NCBI GenBank assembly: GCA_023267855.1
Contig: JALNLN010000003.1
Span: 19,452-83,451 of the forward strand
Length of the DNA: 64,000 nt
Direction: 5' to 3'
From: Candidatus Geocrenenecus dongiae
Lineage (GTDB): Archaea; Thermoproteota; Nitrososphaeria_A; Caldarchaeales; Wolframiiraptoraceae
A model generated the notes under the pieces. It saw nothing but the letters and a program-made list of their open reading frames with translations, searched no databases and was not told the DNA's origin. Below, piece by piece: positions 9,642 through 20,211 of the stretch; position 1 is the first letter of the stretch; each line of letters opens with the position of its first letter. The position numbers and the translations under genes were made by a program.

Positions 9642-10862
9642 TTATCTATCTGTTTCTACAGGCCAATAGTTTAAGCTCCAGTAGATTGGAGGTATGTCTG
9701 CTATTCTACTTCCTATTGAGAGGTGTGGTAGTGCTGGGAGAAGTCTGAAACTTGGTGTAATCATTCTAACTCTATATGGTCGGTCTGCACCATCGCTTAC
9801 AACATAGAAGATTATCTCTCCTCTAGCAGCTTCAGCTCTTCCAATAGCTTCACCTTTCGGAACTTTTATGACTACTGGATGCTGCTTAACCTTCACTGGA
9901 CCTTCAGGCATCTGCTCTACGGTTTGTCTTATTATATTGAGGCTCTCTCTCATTTCCTGGAAGCCGACCATAGCTCTAGCATAACAATCTCCTTCTGTTC
10001 TAACAGCTATCTTGAATTTTACATATGGATATGCATCATAGGGATCAGCTACCCTGGTGTCGAAACTTACTCCTGAAGCTCTTAGAGTTGTTCCAGGAAT
10101 TCCGAGCTTTACAGCATCTTCTCTTTTCAATACGCCTACTCCACGTGTTCTCTCTATGAATATCTCGCTATCGAAGAACATTTCATAGTACTGGTCTAGT
10201 CTAAGATCCATAAAGTCTGCAACGTTCAACACATACTTCTTAAAATCTTCATTTAATTCTTCTTGACTTGGTTCACGGCCAATCATATGCATATAGTAAA
10301 TTTTGAATTCTTTAACTAGATCTTTGGGGACTGTTTTTGGAGCATCGTTTCTCACACCTCCAGGTATGACGTAGGCATGTGTAAATCTCTGACCAGTTAT
10401 TAGCTGGGAGAGGTCTAGTATGAACTCTCTATCATTTACACACCAGAGGAACATTGTTGAGTGTCCGAGGAATATTCCATACAGTGAGAACCAGTAGAGA
10501 TGGCTTGCAATACGGTCCAGCTCTGCCACAATTGTTCTTAGATATTTCGCTCTCTCAGGTGGATCCACCTCCATAAGTTTTTCTACTGCCAGACAATATG
10601 GTAAAACCATATGTGTTGCATCAAGTATAGATGGTCTCTCAAAGTGCGGTATATTCGTTATCCAAGTCTTGTATTCAGCCATCTTCTCTTCACCTCTATG
10701 AACAAAACCTGGATCAGGCTCTAGATCTACAACAGTATCACCGCTGACAGTTACAATCATTCTAAAGTGTCCTGTTCCTGGATGCTGTGGACCATAACTA
10801 AAAGATAGTCTAGGCCCGCCTTCATCATAAACATGTATAACCTTCTTTTCTTCCAACACCAT
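9642..10862 (-). CDS. nuoD: NADH-quinone oxidoreductase subunit D (49 kDa, NuoD).
   Basis: FVHRGEEKMAE and conserved NuoD core. The long ORF 9642..10964 was trimmed to the internal Met (MVLEEKK) to remove overlap with nuoC. Confidence 0.8.
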   Translation of the reverse strand: MVLEEKKVIHVYDEGGPRLSFSYGPQHPGTGHFRMIVTVSGDTVVDLEPDPGFVHRGEEKMAEYKTWITNIPHFERPSILDATHMVLPYCLAVEKLMEVDPPERAKYLRTIVAELDRIASHLYWFSLYGIFLGHSTMFLWCVNDREFILDLSQLITGQRFTHAYVIPGGVRNDAPKTVPKDLVKEFKIYYMHMIGREPSQEELNEDFKKYVLNVADFMDLRLDQYYEMFFDSEIFIERTRGVGVLKREDAVKLGIPGTTLRASGVSFDTRVADPYDAYPYVKFKIAVRTEGDCYARAMVGFQEMRESLNIIRQTVEQMPEGPVKVKQHPVVIKVPKGEAIGRAEAARGEIIFYVVSDGADRPYRVRMITPSFRLLPALPHLSIGSRIADIPPIYWSLNYWPVETDR

Positions 10863-10866
10863 CTTT

Positions 10867-11361
10867 CTAATCACGCCCCGGAACTTTATAGTCTTTCCTA
10901 AGTGGTGGAGTATCCATCCAGTATTCTGGTAGAAGTAGTTTCTTGAGATTTGGATGGTCTTCAAAAACTACTCCAAACATTTCATAGACTTCTCTTTCAT
11001 GATATTCTACACTAGGCCATATACTGTATAGAGATTTTGTCAAAGGTTTTTCACGATCAAGTCTTATAGATATATTTAGGATTACGTCTACGAGTTTCTC
11101 GTTCTTAATACTTCCAAGATGATATATTACCTCTATGTATGGTCCTCCACCTTCTTTTAAAGCAACTAAGTCTACCCCAGTAACACCTTTAACATGATCG
11201 AATCCATGGAGATCTCTTAGATATTTCGCGATCTCCATCAATCTCTCTTTCCTCACAACTATTTTCGTAATCTTCTTTTCGTGAAAAACTTCGCCTTCTA
11301 TATCTTCAGGAAACTTTTTCTTCAAATCTTCTACTACTTCTCTAAGTTCCATCCACCCCAT
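10867..11361 (-). CDS. nuoC: NADH-quinone oxidoreductase subunit C (30 kDa, NuoC).
   Basis: 164 aa immediately upstream of nuoD; the NuoC-like motif YEREVYEMFGVVFEDHP. Confidence 0.7.
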   Translation of the reverse strand: MGWMELREVVEDLKKKFPEDIEGEVFHEKKITKIVVRKERLMEIAKYLRDLHGFDHVKGVTGVDLVALKEGGGPYIEVIYHLGSIKNEKLVDVILNISIRLDREKPLTKSLYSIWPSVEYHEREVYEMFGVVFEDHPNLKKLLLPEYWMDTPPLRKDYKVPGRD

Positions 11362-11627
11362 ACTACTCCAATCCCCATTTTATCTAGAAATATTTATGGT
11401 TCACGATCTTTATCCTCTCTATACATAGATTCGATAAATCTTTAAACCAGACGTTTTTTCTAGCTAGTCTATTATTTCCCGTCTCTAGAAAGTTTTCCAT
11501 AATATTCAACCTCTAACAATAATTGTTAATTATCTCGATATTTAAACGAAAATGTTAAGGTATTTTCTGAAAACTTTTTGAAAAGGATTACTAAGGGGAA
11601 ATGGATTCCAGTAATTCTAAATCATTT

Positions 11628-12284
11628 CTATAATCTTGATTGTAGTATTCTATCTCTAAGGAGTAGGAAAGCCTGTAATATTGTTTCAGGTCTAGGCGGG
11701 CATCCAGGTATATAGACATCTACGGGAACTATGTCACTTAATCCTTGGAGTACATTATAGGAGTCTTTTGCGTACAGTCCTCCAGAGATTGCACATGCTC
11801 CCATTGCTATAACCCACTTCGGGTTAGGCATTTGCTCATATATTATTCTAACTCTTTGAGCCATCTTAGCATTAACTGTGCCTTCTACCAAGAGGACGTC
11901 AGACTGTCTTAGAGATCCTGTAGCTGGGATCCATCCAAATCTTTCTGGATCGTAGCGGGAGCTTGATACAGCTCCAAACTCTACACTACAACATGCTGTA
12001 GTGAGGTGGGCGGGCCATAGTGAAGCCATCCTACCCCAATTCACAATATACCTAACCAGAGAATTATCTTTAATTTTCTGGATAATATAGTAGATTCCCT
12101 TTTGAGATTCTATCTTAACAGGTTTTCCGAGACCATATTCTCTCAATGCTTGCTCTTTCTCATCTTTAGGAACAATCTTCTCTGTAATTGCCTCAATAAT
12201 AGTTTTTGAATCTGCTAACGTGTAACCGAAGAGCCCAGTCTTTCTAGGAACTTTGCCTATCAACTTGAATTGATCTAGCATCAT
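11628..12284 (-). CDS. nuoB: NADH-quinone oxidoreductase subunit B (20 kDa, Fe-S; NuoB).
   Basis: SLWPAHLTTACCSVEF ... MGACAISGG ... GCPPRP cysteine ligand pattern for the N2 cluster. Confidence 0.8.
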   Translation of the reverse strand: MMLDQFKLIGKVPRKTGLFGYTLADSKTIIEAITEKIVPKDEKEQALREYGLGKPVKIESQKGIYYIIQKIKDNSLVRYIVNWGRMASLWPAHLTTACCSVEFGAVSSSRYDPERFGWIPATGSLRQSDVLLVEGTVNAKMAQRVRIIYEQMPNPKWVIAMGACAISGGLYAKDSYNVLQGLSDIVPVDVYIPGCPPRPETILQAFLLLRDRILQSRL

Positions 12285-12371
12285 CCTTCTAAACCTCTAA
12301 ACTATATACATTGCAAAATATTTTCAAGCACTATTTAAGTTTCGAGAACAAATGAGTATAAACATGAATTT

Positions 12372-13037
12372 CTAAACTAGAAATGTTTCTGGTATTCTTC
12401 TCAATCCTGGTTTGTATATTAAGGTTATTAGAAGACCTGTAAGAAAACCTCCAATATGTGCAGCATAAGCTACTTGAGAGAATGGAGCAAATAATGCGTA
12501 CAATGTCTGTATAAGTGCTAGGACGATTATCACTATTATTGCTGGAGCGATTATCGGGAATCCTATGAAGACTACGAGTCTACGGTGAGGGAAAAGGATG
12601 CCGTAAGCTGCCATTACACCATATATTGCTCCAGAAGCACCTATAGCAGGACTGGTCAATAAAGTTCTAACAGGAAATAGAAAGTAAATGTAGTATGCGT
12701 GGAATATTGCTGCAGCTACACCACACGTAAAATACAAGGTTAGGAATCTTGGTTTTCCTAAAACCTTCTCTATCTCTGGAGTAAAGATGAGAAGAGCAAA
12801 CATATTGAAGAATAAGTGTATTGGATCGTAGTGGGTAAACATGGATGTTAAGAGTCTATATGGCTGGGTCATCGTTAACGTAAGCACGGGTATTGTTGCG
12901 AGATCGATTATAATCTCCGGGTTAATCCTAACTATCAAGAATACTAATATGTTTATCAACAAGATAATCCATGTTGCGTATGCATTACTACTCCTATAGA
13001 CGTACAACCCGATAAACCTAAGAAAATGAGAATGCAT
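12372..13037 (-). CDS. Rhomboid-family intramembrane serine protease.
   Basis: 6 TM; catalytic GASGAIYG (GxSG) and a downstream AHIGGF histidine. Confidence 0.7.
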   Translation of the reverse strand: MHSHFLRFIGLYVYRSSNAYATWIILLINILVFLIVRINPEIIIDLATIPVLTLTMTQPYRLLTSMFTHYDPIHLFFNMFALLIFTPEIEKVLGKPRFLTLYFTCGVAAAIFHAYYIYFLFPVRTLLTSPAIGASGAIYGVMAAYGILFPHRRLVVFIGFPIIAPAIIVIIVLALIQTLYALFAPFSQVAYAAHIGGFLTGLLITLIYKPGLRRIPETFLV

Positions 13038-13086
13038 TTAGTTAATATGTGTTTTCCTCAGAACCTCAATCTAAGAAAGAGAATTT

Positions 13087-14490
13087 TCACGAGTAGCCGT
13101 CCTCTTTTCCGTGATTATGTAGAGATTTTCTACCAATATATGAGAGAGGTGTAGTAGGCTTGATTAATTCTCTCAAGAATACAGTAGCATAAGATCCTGG
13201 AGGTAGAGAGAGTTTTACTGTTAAATGGTTTTCACCAAATTCTTCTATGCTAGATGTCCAATTAACTATGGTTAGAGATCTGTAGGAACCTTTTGTAGAT
13301 ATTTCTGGAAAAGATTTAATCTTAAAGTCTTGTAGATCTACACCTTCCTCCTCTAAGACCTTCACCATAATCTCTCCTTTACTACTACTTGGAATTTTTA
13401 CCATGTAACCAGGCACAGGAAGAACGATCTTCATCCTACCTTTACTGATCATTCTCTCAACCTGCTTAAAATTGTATCTAGTAACTTCTATCGGCGTGGT
13501 CTTCTCTAATCTACCATACATATCTACTGGTAGAACCAGATCTCCCAGCTCCAACGTACCTAACATCTTCTTCTCCACTATTCTAGATAGAGTTTCATTG
13601 AATATCTTAGCTGCAACAGCCTCTACCATTAGTCTTCTTAAACGTAATGGTATTTTTCTAAATGCTCCTATGTAATCGTCTGGATTCTGTATTAAATGTC
13701 TTACGATGATCTTCTCGTAAGACAGAGATTTCGGAAAACTTCTCAAAGCCCATTCTAGACACCATTCTTCTAAGAGTTTCATCCTTGCTTCACGATTCTC
13801 CAAGCTCTCCATGTTTGAGTAATCTACAAGAAATTCTAATACAGCTTCTCTAACCATGCCTTTCATTATGTATTTTCCTACCAAATGTGTTACAGGTCTG
13901 GTTATACCAAAACGTTGATGTCCAAAATAATTTGGAATACCTTCATTCTTTAACTGGTTTAACGTTTCTTCAATAATACAAGAGTCTAAGGTCTCCAAAT
14001 TTCTAATAGTTATCCTAAAAACATTACACTTCAATACATTGGAAGATAGATTGAAATCAATATACTTGTATGGCTTAACCTCTAGTATGTCTCCCACACG
14101 GTAAGTCTTATTCAACTCTATGTATCTAGATGGTATAGAGACGTACTGCCAAGATATGCTTACCTTATCTTTTATGCCGCAGATACCCATGCTGCTAGGT
14201 TTTAAGCCTAGTATCTTAGCTAGTATTGTCAATGCTCTCACAGAATCTACGCCAACTTTCTTCATAACACATAAGATGTTGAGGCCAGAACTATCTCTGA
14301 AAGACCCTTCTTCAAACACTTTTCTAGAATCTTCACCTGTTACGAGTACCTCCCATACCATGAAATCTTCAAACTTCTCTTTTATGATACCTCCAACTCC
14401 TCTAGTTGAAGATACGTAACCCCATATACCTATAAACTTCTCAACATCTTCTAATCTAAGAAATGGTAAAACTGGTTTGAAATCACTCAT
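13087..14490 (-). CDS. truD: tRNA pseudouridine(13) synthase TruD (Pus7 family).
   Basis: N-terminal TRGVGGIIKEKFEDFMVWEV matches the TruD GxGG.IK..PEDFxVxE signature; catalytic GIKDKVSISWQ (GxKD); 467 aa. Confidence 0.6.
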   Translation of the reverse strand: MSDFKPVLPFLRLEDVEKFIGIWGYVSSTRGVGGIIKEKFEDFMVWEVLVTGEDSRKVFEEGSFRDSSGLNILCVMKKVGVDSVRALTILAKILGLKPSSMGICGIKDKVSISWQYVSIPSRYIELNKTYRVGDILEVKPYKYIDFNLSSNVLKCNVFRITIRNLETLDSCIIEETLNQLKNEGIPNYFGHQRFGITRPVTHLVGKYIMKGMVREAVLEFLVDYSNMESLENREARMKLLEEWCLEWALRSFPKSLSYEKIIVRHLIQNPDDYIGAFRKIPLRLRRLMVEAVAAKIFNETLSRIVEKKMLGTLELGDLVLPVDMYGRLEKTTPIEVTRYNFKQVERMISKGRMKIVLPVPGYMVKIPSSSKGEIMVKVLEEEGVDLQDFKIKSFPEISTKGSYRSLTIVNWTSSIEEFGENHLTVKLSLPPGSYATVFLRELIKPTTPLSYIGRKSLHNHGKEDGYS

Positions 14491-14568
14491 TTCGGAGAAG
14501 AGAATATTTTCAATAGATATAAACTATAACGATCTTTAGATGTAGGTCAGTTAATCAACTTAGTGAAG

Positions 14569-14928
14569 TTAAAGTAGTGGTATGGATCCAGTTATCTTAT
14601 CTATTTCTTTAGCTGGAGCTGGTCCTATTCCTACTGCAGTAGATGTTCCAGGCTCAAGCTCAGTTAAGCCTGCATCCTCTATGATAGCTACCGGTAAATT
14701 CATGTTCTTTGCTTTAAGATATATTTGGTAGAGTTCTTGTTCATTTCTAACTTTTAAAACTACTTTCTTCTGTCCCTCTCTCATCCAAATATCAGCCCAC
14801 GTTGGATACATTCTCCTACATTCTTCTAAAGCTGAGACGGAAGCATGCGCAACCTGTACAGCAGTCTTTCCAACACTCATCTTCAAATCACTTCTAACAA
14901 CAATCACCTGCTTAAATTCTGAGAACAC
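14569..14928 (-). CDS. pth2: Archaeal-type peptidyl-tRNA hydrolase (Pth2).
   Basis: 119 aa; KQVIVVRSDLKMSVGKTAVQVAHASV is the Pth2 signature. Confidence 0.75.
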   Translation of the reverse strand: MFSEFKQVIVVRSDLKMSVGKTAVQVAHASVSALEECRRMYPTWADIWMREGQKKVVLKVRNEQELYQIYLKAKNMNLPVAIIEDAGLTELEPGTSTAVGIGPAPAKEIDKITGSIPLL

Positions 14929-14988
14929 TTACCCAAGACACCCAGCAGTACGAAAAAGAATTTCTAAATAAAAAAGATTAAAGAACAT

Positions 14989-15828
14989 TCATTCTTCTCT
15001 TTCTATTTCTCCACCCATTTCCAGAACTATTTTCTTTAAATCTGCAGCAACGCTATTTATTTTTGCTATAGCTGTCTCTATCTTATTCGCTATAGAAGAG
15101 ATTTGAAACTCTATCTTCGATACTCCATCTTCTATGGTCTTTGGATGAGATTTAAGGTATATTCCATCATACTTCTTCACGATCTCGGCTATCCTAGGAG
15201 CTATACTCGATTCTGCAACCCTCTTCACATAAATCGTTTTATCAACACGGTAAACTTTCTTTAAGCTCTTCTCTATGACTGGCTTCAATTCTTCTTCAAA
15301 TATACTATATAGTTCTGCTGGAACTCCTGGTAAACATGCGATCCAGGTCTTACCGTATCTTAATAAGACTCCTGGAGCTGAGCCAACTCTATTTCTTAGG
15401 GGTTTAGCTCCTCTGGGAAGCATAGCCATCTTTAATCTAGATGGTGTGATTTCAGGAGATTCTACGACACCTTTCTCTGCAAGCATTCTATATCTCTCCT
15501 TAATCATTTCATATGCAGTTTTATTGAGTACTAGTTTTCTCTTTAAAGCTTTTGCGACACCTTCAAGAGTTAAATCATCGTATGTTGGTCCTAACCCGCC
15601 AGTAGTTATAATCCAGTTAACTTTTCTCTTTAAAGCATCTTTAATAACTGAAGCAATCTCATCTACAACATCTCCAACAGTAACCATCCTAACTACCCTC
15701 CCACCCATACTAGTTATCTTCTCTGCAAGCCATTTGGCATTAGTATTCAATATCCTACCATCAAGAATTTCGTAACCGATTGTAATCAGCTCGAAAACAG
15801 TCTGCTGAACCTTATCAAACCTCACCAT
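14989..15828 (-). CDS. CinA-like protein with an N-terminal MoaB/MogA-type molybdopterin-binding domain.
   Basis: LITIGYEILDGRILNTNAKWLAE...WIITTGGLGPTYDDLT is the CinA N-domain pattern. Confidence 0.55.
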   Translation of the reverse strand: MVRFDKVQQTVFELITIGYEILDGRILNTNAKWLAEKITSMGGRVVRMVTVGDVVDEIASVIKDALKRKVNWIITTGGLGPTYDDLTLEGVAKALKRKLVLNKTAYEMIKERYRMLAEKGVVESPEITPSRLKMAMLPRGAKPLRNRVGSAPGVLLRYGKTWIACLPGVPAELYSIFEEELKPVIEKSLKKVYRVDKTIYVKRVAESSIAPRIAEIVKKYDGIYLKSHPKTIEDGVSKIEFQISSIANKIETAIAKINSVAADLKKIVLEMGGEIEREE

Positions 15829-15994
15829 AAATCTTCTAGAACAAAAGATTCAACCTTCATATTTAAATTATATTAAGTCTGGAGAAAATAGGATTTAGAA
15901 AGAAAATTCAGAAAACATTATACGAAAGAGTTAAAAACGATTTTTAGAGATTATCAATAATAGAGTTTAGATAATGGTATGAGGATGAGGTGGG

Positions 15995-16657
15995 TTGATA
16001 AGTAGCTACAAAAAGATTTTTTCACCTTCACTAGAAGAAGAAATTCTAAGATCGTTTGAAGATTTGGAAAAATGTGAAATGTTAGAAGCTAGCAGGAGAT
16101 GCGGCATAGTTTATCTTGGAGATCCTGAGAAGAAGGGTTGTAAAAGATTTGTTGTTAATGTTTTGAATAAGACTTTCTCCGTTGATATAGATAAACGTGA
16201 GGTTCTCGATCTCATACTTGGTAAGCCAGCCCCGAAAGAACTATCACTAATTATCGTCAGATACATTACTTACTCAACAAGCGGTAAAGTTACAGATACA
16301 TGGGTAACCTATGAAAAGATTCCAGGCGCAAAAGAATATCTAGAATTATTTAGGAAACTGGTTATAAGACCTCTTGTAAGAGTTTTTGGTGAAAACCCTG
16401 AGAAATATGAGATAGTTTGTAAGAGACTTGGAGGAAAGAAGGAGAGGCTTGGAGGAATAAGCTATTCATTTCTATTCTTACCGAAGATCCAACTATTAAC
16501 ACAGCTTTGGAAAGCTGGAAGAGAAGAATATTCCACACCTATGGCGAATCTTTCTTTTAATAGTTCCGTAAAGCATTATCTCTCTGCAAGAGATCTACTA
16601 ATAGTAGGAAAAATAATGGTTGAAATGATGGAAGCTGAATTGAAGAAGATAACCTAA
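15995..16657 (+). CDS. Hypothetical protein (220 aa), no recognisable motif.
   Basis: ORF only; TTG start in the track; sits upstream of ftsY. Confidence 0.3.
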   Translation: MISSYKKIFSPSLEEEILRSFEDLEKCEMLEASRRCGIVYLGDPEKKGCKRFVVNVLNKTFSVDIDKREVLDLILGKPAPKELSLIIVRYITYSTSGKVTDTWVTYEKIPGAKEYLELFRKLVIRPLVRVFGENPEKYEIVCKRLGGKKERLGGISYSFLFLPKIQLLTQLWKAGREEYSTPMANLSFNSSVKHYLSARDLLIVGKIMVEMMEAELKKIT

Positions 16658-16725
16658 ATCTAGGCGTGTTCTAATAGAAGAACGGTAAATAATAGGTAAT
16701 ATTATTTTTAAGAATTGAAGATAAG

Positions 16726-17634
16726 ATGCTGGAATCTCTTAAAAAAGCATTCACAGAAATTGTTGAAGCATTCAAGTTTACTCAACTCTCGGAAAAAGAA
16801 TTAGAAAAACTAGCTGAAGAATTTAAGCTTACACTGATAACTAATGATGTTGCTTTAGAAGTTGCAGAGAAGCTTGGAGACATACTTAAAGAGAAGCTGG
16901 CCGGCATGAAGTTTAAGAGATTTACAGATCCAACTCAACAGATTAGAGAAGTGATGAGTAATGTTATAGAAGAAATCCTACCTGAAGAGAATAATTTAGA
17001 AAAAATGTTTATGGAGATTGAAGAGAAGAAATCTAGGGAGCCCTACGTAGTTCTATTCGTTGGACCTAATGGTGGTGGAAAGACAACAACAGTCGTCAAA
17101 TTTGCTAAACTACTTAAAGATAGAGGTTATAGTTCAATTATAGCTGCATCAGATACCTTTAGAGCTGGAGCTATAGAACAGTTGAAGAAGCTTGCAGAAC
17201 AAGTTAATGTAAGAGTTGTTAGTCAGAAGTATGGCGCGGATCCAGCTGCTGTTGCGATGGATGCAGTTATGAGCGCTAAAGCTAACATGATACCAGTTGT
17301 CTTAATAGATACGGCGGGAAGAACAGAGGTAGATATAAATCTTCTTGAAGAAATGAAAAAGATTAAGAAGGTTGTGAAACCTGATAAGGTAATATTTGTA
17401 GGGGATGCATTAATGGGAAACGTTGTAGTTGAGCAGGCTAGAAGATTCAACGAATACGTAGGCTTAGACTACATCATACTATCTAAATTTGATGCAGATG
17501 CGAGAGGTGGAGCAGCCCTCTCCATAAGTTATGTAATAGGAAAACCTCTACTACTAGTAGGAGTTGGACAAAGATTGGAAGATATAAAACCCTTCAATAA
17601 AAAACTCTTCAGAGAGATACTCTTAAAACATTAA
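16726..17634 (+). CDS. ftsY: Signal recognition particle receptor FtsY.
   Basis: GPNGGGKTTT G1 motif, DTAGR and the NG-domain layout; 302 aa. Confidence 0.85.
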   Translation: MLESLKKAFTEIVEAFKFTQLSEKELEKLAEEFKLTLITNDVALEVAEKLGDILKEKLAGMKFKRFTDPTQQIREVMSNVIEEILPEENNLEKMFMEIEEKKSREPYVVLFVGPNGGGKTTTVVKFAKLLKDRGYSSIIAASDTFRAGAIEQLKKLAEQVNVRVVSQKYGADPAAVAMDAVMSAKANMIPVVLIDTAGRTEVDINLLEEMKKIKKVVKPDKVIFVGDALMGNVVVEQARRFNEYVGLDYIILSKFDADARGGAALSISYVIGKPLLLVGVGQRLEDIKPFNKKLFREILLKH

Positions 17635-17714
17635 GAAAACCAGGGTACTTGCTCTCCATAAACCTAGAAATATTTTTAAGCTGAGAGTACACTAATAAAG
17701 TCTTAGAGCCAGCT

Positions 17715-18329
17715 TTGTCCGATACTGTAAAGATTTTTGAAAGATTATGTAAAGGTTTTCCTGGACCTACCCCATCTTTTACATCTATCCAGCTTCTCGA
17801 AGTCTTCCTATACATTGGTAAATATGCTCCAGTAGGTAGAAAGAAACTTAGCAAGACATTAGAGATAGGAGAAGGTGTTATAAGGAACATACTTAATAGA
17901 TTGGAGAAAGCTAGACTAATAAAGATAGAAGATCAAGGATGCATTCTAACAGATAGAGGACTGAAAATACTTAAAGAATTAGAAAACTCGTTTTTAGAGA
18001 TAGGCTCCCTAAACATAGAGCTACCCTGGAGCTACAAACATAACTATACAGTGGTTGTTAGAGGGAAAGCACACATGGTTAAGAAGGGATTAGAGCAGAG
18101 GGATGCTGCGATTAGAGGTGGAGCAGAGGGAGCAATGATCTTAACATATGTAGATGGAAGAGTTGAGATGCCAGGTGTGTGCGTAATTTCAGAAGAAGCT
18201 CCAGATTTTGCATCAAAAATTATAGAGATCATTAAACCTCAGGATAAAGATGTAGTGATAATTGCGGGTGCAGATGATTTAAAGAAAGCAAAGTATGGGG
18301 CTCTCGCTGCACTCCAAACACTCTTTTAG
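17715..18329 (+). CDS. Hypothetical protein with an N-terminal winged-helix-like region.
   Basis: 204 aa; the wHTH-like segment LSKTLEIGEGVIRNILNRLEKARLIKIE. Confidence 0.3.
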   Translation: MSDTVKIFERLCKGFPGPTPSFTSIQLLEVFLYIGKYAPVGRKKLSKTLEIGEGVIRNILNRLEKARLIKIEDQGCILTDRGLKILKELENSFLEIGSLNIELPWSYKHNYTVVVRGKAHMVKKGLEQRDAAIRGGAEGAMILTYVDGRVEMPGVCVISEEAPDFASKIIEIIKPQDKDVVIIAGADDLKKAKYGALAALQTLF

Positions 18330-18335
18330 TAAGAT

Positions 18336-18692
18336 TTACTCTTTCTTTTCTTTAGAAAATCTTTCTTTTACATATTTTCTCCATTCTTCTGCATTAAATC
18401 TCTTCTCCATTAGTTCTATCTCATTTATGAAGGCTTTCTCTAAATCTATGTTCATTCTATTAGCTAACTGTAAGAATAGGGCAAATGCTTGTGCGAACTC
18501 TCTTGAAACATCTTCTTCAGCTATTTGATGTCCTAATTCTCGAACTTTGTATCCCTCTCTAGTTAGTATATGTCTACCTATCTCAGAGATCTCTTCAACT
18601 AAATGTGTAAATATCTGAGATTCTTTAAAAACATTCCACCCCCTAGAGAACTCAAAGTCTAGAATCTTCTTCTGAGCTTCACTTATCTTCAA
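18336..18692 (-). CDS. MazG-like nucleotide pyrophosphohydrolase domain protein.
   Basis: 118 aa; EEISEIGRH ... E-rich helices typical of small MazG/HisE-like NTP-PPases. Confidence 0.45.
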   Translation of the reverse strand: MKISEAQKKILDFEFSRGWNVFKESQIFTHLVEEISEIGRHILTREGYKVRELGHQIAEEDVSREFAQAFALFLQLANRMNIDLEKAFINEIELMEKRFNAEEWRKYVKERFSKEKKE

Positions 18693-18824
18693 GCCCTCAT
18701 CACATCTTATCTAGAAGAGAACCGGTATTAAATTGTATCTAGAAAACTACCTAATCTTGAAAACTTTTAAAAGACTACATTACACATCTCTAATCTTTTG
18801 TTGGATCTTATTATTTTTCATTAT

Positions 18825-19628
18825 TTAGAAATAGAGGATGTATATGCCGGTTAGTATCAATATTGTTCCTAGAATAGATTGTATTGTGAAGATTTCGATT
18901 TTTCTTAAGAAGATTGAAGAAAGGAGTAGTGTAAATAATGGGTGAGAACTTATTATGGATTCAACGAATGTTACCGCCTCATCTTTTAAAACTATGTATC
19001 TAAGAAGATGACCTAAACCTGCTGCCAAACCTCCGATAAAGTATAACCTCGTATTCTTCATACTCTTCTCAATCATTATAGGGGTTAATAGAATGGTTGA
19101 GAAAAGGAAACCGAGAAAAGTAGCGAATAGTGGATTATAGTCTATGGCATTACCAAGTCTTACTACGTAAGATGAGAGAGCTGCAAAGAACCCTGTAAGT
19201 ATCCCGAGCACAATACCGATTAAATTAATTTTTCCTTCTATGCGTGAGAGTAGAAAGACCCCTGTAAAGATGAGTATAGAAGCGAGAATAATTTTTAGTG
19301 TTATTTCTTCTCCGAAGATTATTGATAGTATTGTTGCAAAAAAGACTCTTGTAGTAGAGAGTGGGGCGGAGAGATTGACACCGATCTTACTGATCGCGTA
19401 ATAATAACATATTCTAGCAATGAGGAAGTGTAGAATTCCAGCGGCAATCATGACGATTATGAACTCCGAGTTTAGTGTTGGGTTGTAGAGAGATGGTGCG
19501 AAAAGTAGAGTTGAAGCTACCAGACTCACGTAGATACCGTTAAGAGTTTCCGTCTTCGTACTTCCCATCCTAACTAATATCTGATTGATGCTGAAAAGTA
19601 TTGGGATCAGTATTGTGAGATAATTCAT
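18825..19628 (-). CDS. EamA/DMT-superfamily membrane transporter.
   Basis: 267 aa, about 8-10 TM with an internal duplication pattern. Confidence 0.45.
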   Translation of the reverse strand: MNYLTILIPILFSINQILVRMGSTKTETLNGIYVSLVASTLLFAPSLYNPTLNSEFIIVMIAAGILHFLIARICYYYAISKIGVNLSAPLSTTRVFFATILSIIFGEEITLKIILASILIFTGVFLLSRIEGKINLIGIVLGILTGFFAALSSYVVRLGNAIDYNPLFATFLGFLFSTILLTPIMIEKSMKNTRLYFIGGLAAGLGHLLRYIVLKDEAVTFVESIISSHPLFTLLLSSIFLRKIEIFTIQSILGTILILTGIYILYF

Positions 19629-19754
19629 AATCGTGCTCTACTCTTCTAGATATTTATTTCCTTGAAATTATTAACTGTTAATTTAAGATATGTAGTTTTA
19701 TGGAGTCTAGGGGTAAACAAAAACATTAATATGGCTTCTCTTCTAGAATGAATT

Positions 19755-20192
19755 TTGAGGTATGTTAGATTGTCTTCAATAGAAGAGCAGTTGAGTAGAG
19801 CTGTTGCAGAGTTCCAGATACTAGACCAGCTGATAAATGAAGTTAGATCTAGGATATCTACGCTCCAAGCTTTAGCTATAGAACATGAAGGAGCCTTAAA
19901 CTTCATTGAAGAACTACTTAAGAATGGTTCCGGGATGAAGATCTTAGTACCTATAGGTGGAGGAAACTATATCCACGCAGAAGTTACCTCTACGGATAAG
20001 ATCGAGGTTAGTGTTGGCAGTGGTGTAGTAGTCTCTAAGCCAATCCATGAAGGTAAAGAAATCATAGAGAAGAGAAAGAATAGTATAATTCAGAGCATAC
20101 AGAACTTACAGCAGAGGCTTGAACAGTATTTGAGAAGAGCTAATGAGCTTAGAAATATGATTGAAGCTCTTTCAGCTAAAGCTAAGCAGTAG
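19755..20192 (+). CDS. pfdA: Prefoldin alpha subunit.
   Basis: 145 aa; N- and C-terminal coiled coils flank a beta-hairpin region (KILVPIGGGNYIHAEVTS...VSVGSGVVV). Confidence 0.55.
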   Translation: MRYVRLSSIEEQLSRAVAEFQILDQLINEVRSRISTLQALAIEHEGALNFIEELLKNGSGMKILVPIGGGNYIHAEVTSTDKIEVSVGSGVVVSKPIHEGKEIIEKRKNSIIQSIQNLQQRLEQYLRRANELRNMIEALSAKAKQ

Positions 20193-20211
20193 GTTGAGAA
20201 CGTGGATCCAG

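Noticed and set aside
10863-10964. N-terminal 34-codon extension of the nuoD ORF that overlaps nuoC.
   Set aside because: The conserved NuoD sequence starts near the internal Met (MVLEEKK...). The extension overlaps the nuoC 3' end, so I trimmed the start to 10862.
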